DNA of 64,000 bases from the human T2T-CHM13v2.0 reference genome, Homo sapiens: NCBI RefSeq assembly GCF_009914755.1, contig NC_060937.1; one strand, 5' to 3'. The notes below the pieces were generated by a model, which did not search any database, was not told the DNA's origin, and was given only the letters and a program-made list of their open reading frames with translations. This document shows, in pieces, positions 26,401 to 41,050 of this stretch. Both the position numbers and the translations under genes were made by a program. How positions within the stretch are numbered: position 1 is the stretch's first letter; each line of letters starts with the position of its first letter.

Positions 26401-29400
26401 CAATACATTCCACTCCACTCCACTCCAATCGACCTCACTCCACTACACTCCATTCAATTTCATTCTGTTCCATTCCTTTCCACTCCACTCCAGTCCATTC
26501 TATTCCATTCCATTCCACTGAACTCCACTTCATTCCACTGAACTCCACTCATTTCCCCTCCACTCCACTCCGTTCCATTCCATTCCACTCCATTCCATTC
26601 CACTACACTCCATTCCAGTTCACTCTATACCATTCCATTCCACTACACTCCACTCCATTACACTCCACTCCATTCAACTCCACTCCATTCCTTTCCATTT
26701 CATTTCACTCAGTTCCATTCCACTCCACTCCATTCCATTCCACTCCATTCTTTTCACTCCATTCCACTCCATTCCATTCCACTCCACTCCACTCCACTCC
26801 ACTCCATTCCATTCCATTCCACTCTGTTCCATTCCATTTCATTCTTCTCCATTACATTCCACTCCACTCCATTCCATTCCATTCCACTCCATTCCACTCC
26901 ATTCCACTCCACTCCATTCAATTCCCCTCCACTCCATTCCATTCCACTCCAAACCATTCCATTCTATTCCATTCGACTCCATTTTATTCCACTCCACTCC
27001 ATTCCGTTCTACTCCTCTCCATTCCACTGCATTCCACACCATTACATTCTACTCCAATCCACTTTACTCCACTCCACTCCACTCCATTGCATTCCACTCA
27101 ACTCCACTCCATTCCATTCCATTCCATTCCATTCCATTCCATTCCTTTCCACTCCATTCCAATCCATTCCATTCTATTCCCTTCCATTCTACTCCCCTCC
27201 ATTCCATTCCATTCCATTGCATGGCACTCTGTTCAATTCCATTACCCCCCATTCTACTCCACTACTTTCCGTTCCATTCCAAACGATTCCAAACCACTCC
27301 ACTCGGTTCCACTCCATTCCATTCCACACCATTCCACTCCACTGCTTTCTGTTCCCCTCCATTCCATTCTACTCCACTCCTTTCCAATCCACTCCACTGC
27401 ATTTCATTCTATTCTACTGCACTCCACACCATTCCGTTCCATTCCATTTCTTTCCATTCCATTACACTATTCTCCATTTCATTCATTTCCATTCCTATCC
27501 ATTCCATTACTCTCTAGTGCATTCCTTTCAACTCTACTCCACTCCATTCCACTTTCTTCCATTCCAGTACATTCCTTTCTATTCCATTAAATACCACTCC
27601 ACTCCACTCCACTCAATTGCACTCCTCTCCACTCCCTTCCATTCCACTCCAATCCATTCCTTTCAATTCCACTACTTACCACTCCATTCTACTCCATTCC
27701 ATTCCAGTCCACTCTACTCCACTGCACTACACTCGATTCCATTCCATTCTTTGCCATTGTATTCCATTCCATTCCATTCCATTCAATTCTCTCCATTCCA
27801 CTCCAACCTTCTGTGCACCACTGTTCTCCACTCAATTCCTCTCCACGCTATTCCACTCCGCTCCATTACATTCCATTCCTTTTCACTCCATTCCATTCCT
27901 GTCCACTCTATTCCAATTGATTCCTCTCCATTCCACTCCCTTCCATTCCCTTCCCTTGCATTCCGTTCCATTCCACTCCCCTCTATTCCATTCCACTCCA
28001 TTACACTCCACTACACTCTGTTCCACTTCACTCCGCTCCATTCCAATTCACTCCATTCCGTTCCACTCCATTCAATTCCATTCCATTCCACTCCACTCGA
28101 CTCCATTCCATTCCAGTCCACTCCATTCTATTCCATTCCATTCCACTCCATTCCGTTCCACTCCACTCCTCTCCATTTCACTCCACTCCATTCCATTCCA
28201 CTCCACTCAACTCTAATCCATTACATTCCACTCCACTACATTCGATTTCTCTCCACTCCATCCAAATTCACTCAACTCCATTCAACTCCAATCCACTCCA
28301 CTCCAATCCATTCCACATCATTCCATTCCACTCTATTCCATTCCACACCACTCCATTCCATTCCACTCCATTCCATTCCATTCCATTCCATTCCATTCCA
28401 TTCCATTCCAGTCTATTCCATTTCATTCCATTGCACTCCATTCCACTCCACTCCATTCCATTCCACTCTATTCCACTCCACTCAACTCCATTCCACTCCT
28501 GTACACTACATTTGATTCCACTCTACTCAACCCCAATCCTCTCCATTTCATTCCAGTCTATTCCATTCTATTCCACTCCATTCCATTCCATTCCATTTCA
28601 TTCCATTACACTCCATTCAATTCTGCTCCACTCCATTCCACTCCACTCCTTTCCACTCCACTCTATTCCTCTCCAATCCACTCCAATCCATTCCACTCCA
28701 TTCCATTACATTACATTCCACTCCACTGCATTCCATTCCATGGCTCTCCATTTTACTCCATTCCATTCCTCTCCACTCCACTCCACTCCACTCCATTCCA
28801 TTGTATTCCATTCCATTCCACTCCATTCCATTTCATTCCATTTCACTCCACTCAATTCAGTTCTCCTCCACTCCACTCCACTCCGTTCCACTCCACTCCA
28901 TTCCATTCCACTCCACACCTTTCCATTCTATATTTTCCCCTCCACTCCATTCCATTCCATTAGACTCCACTCCATTCTGCTCCATTCCATTCCTCTCCAC
29001 TCCATTCTATTCCGTTGCATTCCTTTAAAATTCATTTAATTCCTTTCCACTCCAGTCCTTTGCAGTGCATTCCCTTACACTCCATTCCATTCCGCTCTTC
29101 TCTATTCCAATCCACTCCACTCCACTCCCCTCCATTTCACTCCAAGCCACTCCATTCCTCTCCACTCCACTCCATTCCACTACATTCCATTCCACTCCAC
29201 TACATTCCATTCCTCTCCCCTCCATTCCGTTCCACTCCATTCTATTCCATTACACTCCAATCCATTACACAACTCTCCATTCCTCTCCACTCCACTCCAT
29301 TCCACTCCATTCCACTGCATTCCATTCCATTCCACCCCATTCCATTCCACTACTCTCCTTTCCAATACACTCCATTCCACTCCACTCCACTCTACTCCAC

Positions 29401-32400
29401 TCGACTCCATTCCACTCCAGTCGTATCCAATCCAGTCCAATCAAATCCATTCCACTCCACTCCAGTCAAATCCATTCTACTCTACTGCATTCCGTTCCAC
29501 TCCTTTCCACACTATTACACGCTGCTCCAATCCATTCCTCCCAACTCCATTCCATTCCACTCCATCCCATTACATTTCACTCCATTCCATTCCATTCCAC
29601 TCCATCCCATTTCATTTCACTCCATTCCATTCCATTCCACTCCATTCTACCCCATTCCATTCCACTCTGCTCCACTCTACTTCAGTCCACTCCACTCCAC
29701 TCCAATCCTTTCTGTTATACTCCACTCCACTCCAGTCCACTCCGTTTTACTCCACTTCATTCCATTTCACACCAATCCATTCCATTGCATTCCATTCCTT
29801 TCCATTCCATTGCACTCCACTGCATTCCATTCCACCCCATTCCACTCCACTCCACTCCATTCCACTCCACCCAATGCCACTCTACTTCAGTGAATTCCAT
29901 ACAATTCCACTCAATTCCATTCCACTCCTCTCCATTCAATTACACTGCTCTCCATTCCACTCCATTCCATTTCTGTCCACTCCACTCTACTCAACTACAC
30001 TCCACTCCATTCCATTGTATTCTTTTCCATTCCATTCCATTCCACTCCATTCCATTTCAATTCATTCCACTCTACTCCAATCCATTCCCTTCCTCTCCAC
30101 TACACTCCACACCACTCCACTCCGTTCCATTCCACTCCACTCCACTCCATTGCATTCCACTTCATTCCATTCTATTCCACTCGACTGCATTCCATTCCAT
30201 TCCACTCTACTCCATTCCTTTCCACTCCATTCCAACACAATCCACTCCATTTCACTCCACTCCACTTTATTCCATTCCACTCCACGCCATTCCACCACAC
30301 TCTATTCCACTCCTCTCCACTCCATTCCACTCCAATCCATTCCATTCCATTCCTCTCCACTCCACTCCATTCCACTCCACTACATTCCACTACAATCCAC
30401 TCCATTCCCCTTCAGTCCATTCCATTCCATTCCACTAAAATCTATTCCTCTCCAATGCACTCCATTCCACTCCACTCCATTCCACTCGACTCCATTCCAC
30501 TCTACTCCATTCGAATCCATTCCACTTCATTCCAATGCAGTCCATTCCATTCCATTCCACTTCACTCCGTTCCATTCCACCCCATTCCAATCCACTCCAG
30601 TACACTCTTCTCTACTCCACTCCATTCCATTCTATTCCACTCCATGTCACTCCACTCCATTCCACTCCACTCTACTCCAGTACACTCCACTCCAATCCAT
30701 TCCAATCCATTCCACTCCATTAGACTCCATTCCACTCCATTCCATTCCATTCCTTTCCATTCCATTTCATTCCATTCCACTCCACTCCACTTCCTTCCAC
30801 TCGTCTCCATTGCACTACACTCGATTCCATTCCATTCAGTTCCACTCCATTGTATTCCACTCCACTAATTTCCACCCTATTCCACTCCATTCCGTTACGC
30901 TCCTCTCCTCTGCACGCCACTCCACTCCATTACACTTCGCTCCACATGACTCCACTCTGCTAAAATCCACTCCATTCCATTCCACTTCACTCTACTGTAC
31001 TCCGCTACAGTTCATTCCCTTCCACTCCACACCACTACACTACATTCCACTCAAAACCATTCGACTCATCTCCATTCCATTCCACCCCACTCCACTTCAT
31101 TCCATTCCACTCCACTCCACTAGATTCAACTTCTCTCCACACAATTCCACTTCATTCCACTTGATTCCACTCCAGTACATTGCATTGCACTCCATTCCAT
31201 TCCACTCCACTCCGTTCCATTCCATTCCATTCAACTCCATTTCGTTCCCTTCCATTCCACTCGACATCACTCCTTTCCATTCCGTTCCACTCTACACCAC
31301 TACACTCCATTGCTTTCCAATGCATTCCACTCCATTGTTTTCCATTCGACACCACTCCATTCCATTCCACTCCATTCCTTTCCGTTCCACTCCATTCAAT
31401 TCCATTCCATTCCACTCCGTTCCATTCCACTCCACTCCACTCCATTCCACTCCAATCCACTGTACTCCACTTTATTTCATTCCATTCCATTCCACTCCAT
31501 TCACTTCCACTCCACTCCATTCCATTCCACTCCACGCCACTCGACTTCATTGAACTCCAGTCCACTCCACTCCACTCTACTGAAATCGACCACATTCCAT
31601 TCCACTCCACTCCATTCCACTGCAATCAATTCCACTCAACTCCATTCCATTCCAATCTAATCCATTCCATTCCTAATCCATTCCATTACGTTCCATTTGA
31701 CTTCATTCCATTCCACTGCACTCCATTCCATTTCACTCCGTTCAATTCCAATCCATTCCACTCCGTTGCATTCCATTCACTTCCACTCCACTCCATACAA
31801 ATCCATTCCACTCCGTTTCATTCAACTCCATTCCATTAGATTCCATTCCACTCCACTCCAATCCATTCCACTCCACTGCTTTCCTTTCCACTCCACTCCA
31901 TTCCATTCCACTCCATTCCTTTCCATTCCACTCCATATCATTCCATTACATTAAACTCCATTCCATTCCATTTTTTTCAACTTCACTCCACTCCATTTAA
32001 TTCCGTTACACTCCACTCCACTACAATCCATTCCTTTCCAATCCATTCCCCTCCATTCCATTTCATACGACTGCCCTCTATCCCATTCCATTCCACTCCT
32101 TTCCGTTAAATCCATTCAATTTCATTCCCTTCTGCTCCACTCCACTCCATTCCATTCCATTCCATTCCATTCCCTTCCAAACCAATCCACGCGACTCCAC
32201 TCCATTCCATTCCACTCCATTCCAATCCACACAACTCCATTCCACTCCAATCCATTCCACTCCACTCCATTGCACTCCACTCAATTCCAATCCATTCCTT
32301 TCCACTCCACTCCACTCCATTCCATTCCAATCCATTTCACTCCATTGTGTTCCACTCCACTCCACTCCACTGCAATCCATTCTATCCCATTCCATTCCAC

Positions 32401-32699
32401 ACCACTCCTTTCCAATCAATTCCATCCCATACGATTCCACTCCACTCCATCCCATTCCATTCCATTCCAGTCCGCTCCACTCCATTCCATTCCACTCTAC
32501 TCCACTGCTCTCCACTCCACTCCATTCGTGTCCACTCCACTCCAATCCGTTCCAATCCTCTCCATTCCACTCCACTCCACTCTTTTCCACTCCACTCCAT
32601 TCCTTTCCACATCATTCTAATCCATTCCATTCTACTCCTCTCCATTCCATTCCATTCCACTCCGTTACATTCAATCGATTCCATTCCACTTCAATCCAT

Positions 32700-33510
32700 T
32701 CCACTCCACTCCATTCCTATCCACTCCACTCCACTCCACTACATTCTATTCCAACCCATTGCATTCTATTCCACTACACTCTATTCCACTAAAATCCATT
32801 CTACTCCACTGCATTCCATTCCATTCCATTCCACTCCACAGCACTCCACTCCACTCCACTACATTCCCTTCCAGTCAATTCCACTCCATTCCATTCCCCT
32901 CAACTACATTTCTCTTCACTCCACAACACCCTGTTCCTGTCTATTCCATTCCACTCCACTCCATTTCTTTCCATTCCACTCCACTTTATTGCATTCCATT
33001 CAATTCCACTCCATTGCATTGCATTCCATTCCACTACACTCCGTTTCTTTCCATTCCACTCCACTTTATTCCATTCCATTCCATTCCATTCCACTCCGTT
33101 CCATTCCATTCCACTACAATGCACTCCACTCCATTCCACTCCACTCCATTCCTATCCACTCCACTCCACTCCACTACATTCTATTCCAACCCATTGCATT
33201 CTATTCCACTACACTCTATTCCACTAAAATCCATTCTACTCCACTACATTCCCTTCCGGTCAATTCCACTCCATTCCATTCCCCTCAACTACATTTCTCT
33301 TCACTCCACAACACCCTGTTCCTGTCTATTCCATTCCACTCCACTCCATTTCTTTCCATTCCACTCCACTTTATTGCATTCCATTCAATTCCACTCCATT
33401 GCATTCCATTCCACTACACTCCGTTTCTTTCCATTCCACTCCACTTTATTCCATTCCATTCCATTCCACTCCATTCCATTCCATTCCACTACAATGCACT
33501 CCACTCCATT
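32700..33510 (+). repeat. ~0.4-kb tandem duplication
   Basis: cctatcc...ccaacccattgc at 32716/33151; ccacaacaccctgttcctgtc at 32921/33306; ccactacaatgc at 33111/33486. Confidence 0.85.
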
Positions 33511-36500
33511 CCACTCCACTCCATTCCATTCCACTCCCCTCCATTCCATTCCACTACGTTCCATTCCATTCTATTCAACTCCATTGTATTCCATTCCGTT
33601 CTACTCCACTTCACTCCTTTCCATTCCATTCCACTCCACACCTCTACACTCCATTGCTTTCCAATCCATTCCAATCCATTGCTATCCATTCCACACCACT
33701 ATATTCCATTCCACTCCACTCCTTTCTGTTCCACTGCATTCCATTCCTTTCCATTCCACTCCATTCCATTTCGTTCCATTCCACTCCACCCCATTCCACT
33801 CTGCTCCACTGTGCTCCACTTCATTCCATTCCATTCCATTGTACTCCATTTAATTCCACTCCACTCCATTCCATTACACCCCACTCCATTCCACTCCACT
33901 CTATTCCACTGCCTTGCATTTCATTCCACTCCATTCCATTCCACTTCACTCCATTCCACTCCAATGCATTCCACTCCATTCTATTACTTTCGACTCCATT
34001 TCATTCCACTCCATTCCATTCTATTCCACTCCAATCCATTCCATTCAATTCCACTCCATTCCATTCCATTCCGTACCACCCCATTCCATTCCACTCCACT
34101 CCATTCCATCCATTCCATTCCACTCCAATCAATTCCATTCCATTCCACTCCACTCCATCTGTCTCCACTGCATTCCATTCCACTCCACGCCACTCCACTC
34201 CATTGCACTACAGTCCACTCCACTCCACTCTACTGAAATCGACTCCATTCCGTTCCACTCCACTCCACTCCACTGCAAGCAATTCCACTCCTCTCCATTC
34301 CATTCCAATCTAATCCATACCATTCCAAATCTATTTCATTATATGCCATTCGACTTCATTCCATTCCACTGCACTCCGTTCCATTTCACTTAGTTCCATT
34401 CCATTCCATTCCACTCCGTTACATTCCATTCCATTCCACTCCACTCCATACATCTCCATTCCATTCCGTTTCATTCAACTCCATTACATTCGATTCCATT
34501 CCACTCAAATCCAATCCATTCCACTCCACTGTTTTCCATTCCACTCCACTCCATTCCATTCCACTTCACTCCTTTCCATTACACTCTATTGCATTCCATT
34601 GCATTCAACTCCATTCCATTCCATTTTTTTCAACTTCACGCTACTCCATTTAATTCCGTTACACTCCAGTCCACTACTATCCATTCCTTTCCAATCGATT
34701 CCACTCCATTCCATTCCATTCCACTCCATTCCATCCCATTCCACTCCACTCCTTTCCGTTCCAATCCATTCTATTCCATTCCAATCCACTCCATTCCACT
34801 ACACTCCATTCCATTCCATTCCATTCCATTCCATTCCATTCCAAACGAATCCACTCGTCTCCACTCCATTCCATTCCACTCCATTCCATTCCACTCCATT
34901 CCATTCCACTCCACTCCATTCCATTCCACTCCACTCCATTCCACTCCAATCCATTCCACTCCACTCCATGGAACTCCACTCAATTCCAATCCATTCCTTT
35001 CCACTCCATTCCACTCCTCTCCACTCCTTTCCATTCCAATCCAATCCATTCCACTCCATTCCATTCCGCTCCACTGCAATCCATTCCATCCCATTCCATT
35101 CCACTCAACTCCACTCCACTCTATCCTATTCCATTCCATTTCAGTCCACTCCACTCCAATCAATTCCACTCTACTCCACTCCTCTGCACTCCACTGCACT
35201 CCATTCCAGTCCACTCCACTCCAATCCTTTCCACTCCTCTACATTCCACTCAACTCCAATCTTTTCCACTCCACTCCATTCCCTTCCACTCCATTCCAAT
35301 CCACTCCATTCTACTCCACTCCATTCCATTCCATTACACTCCATTTCATTCAATCCATTCCACTCCACTTCAATCCATTCCACTCCACTCCATTCCTATC
35401 CACTCTACTCCACTCCACTCCATTCTATTCCAACCCATTCCACTCCATTCCATTACACTCTATTCCACTAAAATCCATTCTACTCCACACCATTACATTC
35501 CATTCCATTTCACTCCACACCACTCCACTCCACTCAACTACATTCCCTTCCACTCAATTCCACTGCATTCTATTCCACTCAACTTCACTCCTCTTCACTC
35601 CACAACACCCTTTTCCTGTCTATTCCATTCCACTCCACTCCATTTCTTTCCATTACACTCCACTTTATTGCATTACATTCAATTCCACTCCATTCCTTTC
35701 CATTCCACTCTACTCCATTTCTTGCCATTCCACTCCACTTTATTCCATTCCATTCAATTCCACTCCATTCCATTCCATTCCACACCAATCCACTCCACTC
35801 CATTCCATTCAAATCCACTCCATTCCACTCCACTCCATTCTATTCCACTCCCCTCCATTCCATTCCACTCCGTCCCATTCCATTCTATTCAACTCCATTG
35901 CATTCCATTCCATTCCACCCCACTTCACTCCTTTCCATTCCGTTGCACTCCACACCACTACACTCCGTTGCTTTCCAATCCATTCCATTCCATTGCTATC
36001 CATTCCACACCACTCCATTCCATTCCACTCCTCTCTTTTCCGTTCCAATCCATTCCATTCCATTCCTTTCCACTCCATTCCATTCTGTTCCACTCCACTT
36101 CACTCCATTCCACTCCTCTCCACTGTGCTCCACTTCATTCCATTCCATTCCACTCCATTCAATTCCACTCCACTCCATTCCCTTCCACCCCACTCCATTC
36201 GACTCCACTCTATTCCACTGCCTTGCATTTCATTCCCCCACACTCCATTCAACTCCGCTCTATTCCACTGCCTTACGTTTCATTCCACTCCATTCCATTC
36301 CACCTCACTCCATTCCACTCCAATGCATTCCACTCCATTCTATTCCTTTCAACTCCATTCCATTCCACTTCACTCCATTCCATTCCACTCCCCTCCATTC
36401 CATCCATTCCATTCCACTCCAATCAATTCCATTCCATTCCACTCCACTACTTTCGACTCCACTGCATTCCATTCCACTCCACGCCACTCCACTCCATTGC

Positions 36501-39500
36501 ACTACAGTTCACTCCACTCTACTCTACTGAAATCGACTCCATTCCGTTCTACTCCACTCCACTCAACTGCAGTCAATTCCACTCCACTCCATTCCATTCC
36601 TATCTAATCCATTCCATTACATTCCATTCGACTTCATTCCATTCCACTGCACTCCGTTCCATTTCACTCCGTTCCATTCCATTCCATTCCACTCCACTCC
36701 ATTCCATTCCACTCCGCTCCATGACACTCCACTCCATTAAACTCCACTCCCCACCTCTCCACTCCATTCCATTCCAGTCCACTCCATTCTACTCCATTCC
36801 TTTCCATTCCATTCCATTCCACTCCACTCCACTCCATTCCACTCCACTGCACTCCACTCCATTCCATTTCATTCCATTACATTACAATCCTCTCCATTCA
36901 ATTCCTTTCCTTTCCATTCCATTGCACTCCATTAAATTCACTCCACTCAATCCCATTCCACTCCACTCCCATCCATTCCATTCCATTCCATTCCATTCCA
37001 TTCCATTCCATTCCATTCCACTCTGCTATATTCTACTCCATTGCACCTCACTTCATTCCTCTCAATTCCATTCATCTCCACTCTACTCTATTACACTCTT
37101 TTCCATTCAACTCCGTTCCATTCCACTCAACTGCTTTCCATTCCATTCCACTGCTCTACATTCGACTCCATTCCACTCCATTCTACTCTACTCCATTCCA
37201 TTCCATTTACTTCCATTCCATTAAATAGAATTCCATTCAGTTCCATTCCACTCCACGTTACTCCACTCCGCAACTTTCCATTCCACTGCATTGCATTCTA
37301 TTACAATCCATTCCATTGCATTCCAATCTACTCCATTCCATTCCACTCTAGTCCACTCCATTCCGTTCCATTCCTTTCAATTATATTCCACTCATCTGCA
37401 TTCCATTCCATTCCAGTAAACTCCATACCATTCTATAGTGTTCCATTCCATTCCATTCCTTTCCTTTACATTCCAATCCACTATTCTCTACTCCACTCCA
37501 ATCCCCTCATCTCCATTCCATCCCCTCCCATTCCATTCCATTCCACTCCAATCCATTCAATTCCATTCCACTCCATTCCTTTCCATTCCATTCCTTTCCA
37601 TTCCTCTCCATTCCATTCCATTCCATTCCACTCTATTCGATTCCATTCAATTCTGCTCCTCTCCATTCTATTCGATTCCACTCCACTCCACTCCATTCCA
37701 TTGCATTCCATTCCATTTCATTCCAATCCATTCCACCCCATTCTATTCCATTCCATTCCATTCCATTCCATTGCATTCCATTCCATTGCATTCCGTCCCA
37801 TTCCATTGCATTGCATTCCATTCCATTCCACTACCATCCATTGCATTCCACTCGAATTCACCCAGTCTCATTCCATTCCTTTCCATCCCATTCATTTCCC
37901 TTCCTTTCCATTCCATTACTTTCATCTCCATTCCACTCCACTCCTCTACATACCACTAAATTCCATTCCATTCTATTCCATTCCACTCTGTTCCATTCCA
38001 TTGCATTCCATACCGTTGCATTCCAATCCTTTCAACTCCACTCCATTCCATTCTATTCCATTCCATTTCATTCCATTCTGTTACACTTCACTCCACTGCA
38101 CTACATTCCCCTCCTCTCCCTTCCATTCCATTCCATTTCTTTACATTCCATTCCATTGCATTCCATTCCTTTCCATTCCATTGCTTTCCATTCCATTGCA
38201 TTCCATTCCATTGCACTCCTTTCCATTCCATTCCACCCCACTCCATTCCATTCCATTCCATTCCATTCCATTCCATTCAATTGTATTCCCTTACATTATA
38301 TTCCACAGCACTCCACTCGAATCCATTGCATTCCATTTCATTCCATTCTATTCCACTCCATTCAATTCCATTCCTTTGCATTCCATTCCACCCCATTCCA
38401 CTCCAATTCGATGCATTTCAATACATTCAATTCTGTTCCATTCAATTTCATTCCTCTCTATTCCACTGCACTCCATTCCACTCCATTCCATTCCATTCCT
38501 CTCCACCCCACTCCATTCCATTTCATTCCATTCCATTCCACTCCAGTACATTGAATTCCATTCCATTAGACTCCATTCTATTCCACTGCATTCCATTGCA
38601 TTCCATTAAATGCCATTCCACTGCATTTCATTCCATTCCACTCCACTCCATTCTATTCCATTCCACACTACTCCACTGCACTCCAAAGGTTTCCATTCTA
38701 TTCCTCTCCATTCCATTCAACTCCAGTCCATTCCTCTCCACTCCATTGCATTCCACACAACTGCGTTCCATTCAACACCATTCCATTCCACTCCATTTGT
38801 TTCCAGTCCACTCCATTCCGTTCCACTCCACTTCCTTCCACTCCTTTCCATTCAACTCCTTTCCATTTCAGTCCACTCTACTCCACCCCACCCCATTCCA
38901 TTCCATTGCATTCCATTCATTTCCATTCCATTCCACTCCATTACAATGGATTACATTCCATTCCACTCCACTCCACTCCATTCCAATGCATTAGATAACA
39001 TTCCATTCCACTCAAATCCATACCATTCTATAGTTTTCAATTCCTTTGCTCTCCATTCCATTCCCTTCCATTCCATTCCGTTCCACTATACTCTTCTCCA
39101 CTCCAGTCCCCTCGTCATTATTCCTTTCCATTCCATTTCATTCCATTCTACTCCACTCCATTCAATTCTGTAACATTCCATTACATACCATTTCATTCTA
39201 ATCCATTCCATTCCATTCCAGTCCATTCCAGTCCATTCTTCTGCACTCCATTCCATTCAATTCCACTCCACTCCACTCCAATCCACTACATTCCATTCAG
39301 TTCCATTTCATTCCACTGCACTTCTTCCCATTTCATTCCATTGCATTCCATTGCCTTCATTCCACTTCTCTCAATTCCATTCCATTCCAGTCAATTCCAT
39401 TCCATTCCAATCCACTCCATTCCATTCCATTCCATTCCATTCCATTCCATTCCATTGCATTCTCTTCCATTCCCTTCCATTCTATTTTATTCTCTTCCAT

Positions 39501-39966
39501 TCTTTTCCACTCCATTCCATTCCACTCCATTCCATTCCATTCCACTCCATTCCCTTCCATTCCATTTGATGCCACTCTATTCCACTGCATTACATTGCAC
39601 TCCATACCATCTCATTCCACTCTCTTTCATTCCATTCCACTAAACTCCAATCAATTGCTTTCCAAACATTTCCACTCCATTCTACACCTTTCCATTCCAT
39701 TCCTTTCCATTCCATTCCTTTCAACTCCACTCCATTTCAATCCACTCCAATCCACTCCACACCTCTCCAATCCATTCCACGCCATTCCATTCCACTCCAT
39801 TTCTTTACAGTCCGCTCCATTCCATTCCACTCCACTGTATTCCACTCCATTCCACTGCATTCCATTCCATTCCACTTCACTCCACTCCATTCCACTGCAT
39901 TATATTCCATTCCATTCCACTCCACTACATATCATTCTACAGTATTCCATTCCATTCCATTCCATT

Positions 39967-40963
39967 CCATTCCATTCCATTCGACTATACTCTACTCCAC
40001 TCCAGTCCCTTCCCCTCCATTCCATTCCATTCCATTCCATTCCTTTCCACTCCTTTCCATTCTATAACATTCCATTCTATTCCATTCCATTCCTTTGCAT
40101 TCCACTCCACTGCATTCCATTCCATTCGAATCCCATCCACTCCATTCCTTTCCATTCCACTCCATTCCACTCCAATCCAATCCATTCCATACCGTTCCTT
40201 TCCATTCCTCTGCAATGCACTCCAATCCAATCCATTCCATACCGTTCCATTCCATTCCACTCCATTCCACTCCATTCCACTCCATTCCATTCCTTTCCAT
40301 TCCATTCCATTCCATTGTATTCCATTCCATTGCATTGGAGACCTTTCCATTCCAATTCGTTCCTTTCGTTTCCATTTGATTCAATTCCATTCCTTTAGCT
40401 TCCATTCCATTAGTTTCTATTCCATTTGAAGGCATTTCATTCGAGTCCATTACATTCGAGTCGATTCTTTTCCATTACAGTCCATTTGATTCGATTCCTT
40501 TTCATTTTATTTGAATCCAATCCATTCAATTCCATTCTATTAAATTCCATTCCATTATAGATGGTTCCATTCTAGTATAATCCTTTCATGTCCATTCTAT
40601 TCCCCTTTATTCGATTCAATTCCATTCGATTCCATTCCTTTCGATTGCGTTCCATTCGAGTCCATTCCATTGGAGACCATTCCATTCGAGTCCATTCCAT
40701 TGCACACCATTCCATTCCATTCCATTCGAGAAATGTCCATTCAAGTTCATGCCATTCGTGTCCATTCAATTCGATTCCATTCCATTAGAATCTATTCCAC
40801 TAGATATCCTTACTTTCGATTCCATTCCATTTGAGTGAATTCCATTTCAGTCCATTAAATTCGAGTCCATTCTATTCCATTCCAGAGCATTCGATTCCAT
40901 TCGATTTAATTCCATTCGAATCCGTTCTTTCACGTCCATTCAATTCGATTCCATTCCATTCGA
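39967..40963 (+). repeat. ~1-kb segmental copy 1 (paralog at 52429-53415)
   Basis: Shared unique markers: cgactatac, ggagacctttcc, gaaggcatttc, tagatggttcc, gagaaatgtcc, tagatatccttac. Confidence 0.92.
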
Positions 40964-41050
40964 GACCATTCCATTCTAGTCCATTCCTTTTGCTTACATT
41001 CCATTCCACTTTACTCGATTCCATTCCGTTCAATTCCATTCCTTTCGATT
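40330..41050 (+). repeat. Island of CpG-type HSat3 (CATTCGAGTC/CATTCGATTC)
   Basis: Abrupt appearance of ttcgagtcc, ttcgattcc and tttgattcc, with loss of CACTC. Confidence 0.85.

Larger units (their letters stand above)
13700..40330 (+). repeat. Alu-free CACTC/CATTC satellite domain
   Basis: No Alu fragment seen; mixed CACTC/CATTC, becoming more CATTC/CATTG-rich after ~37 kb; boundaries approximate. Confidence 0.85.
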
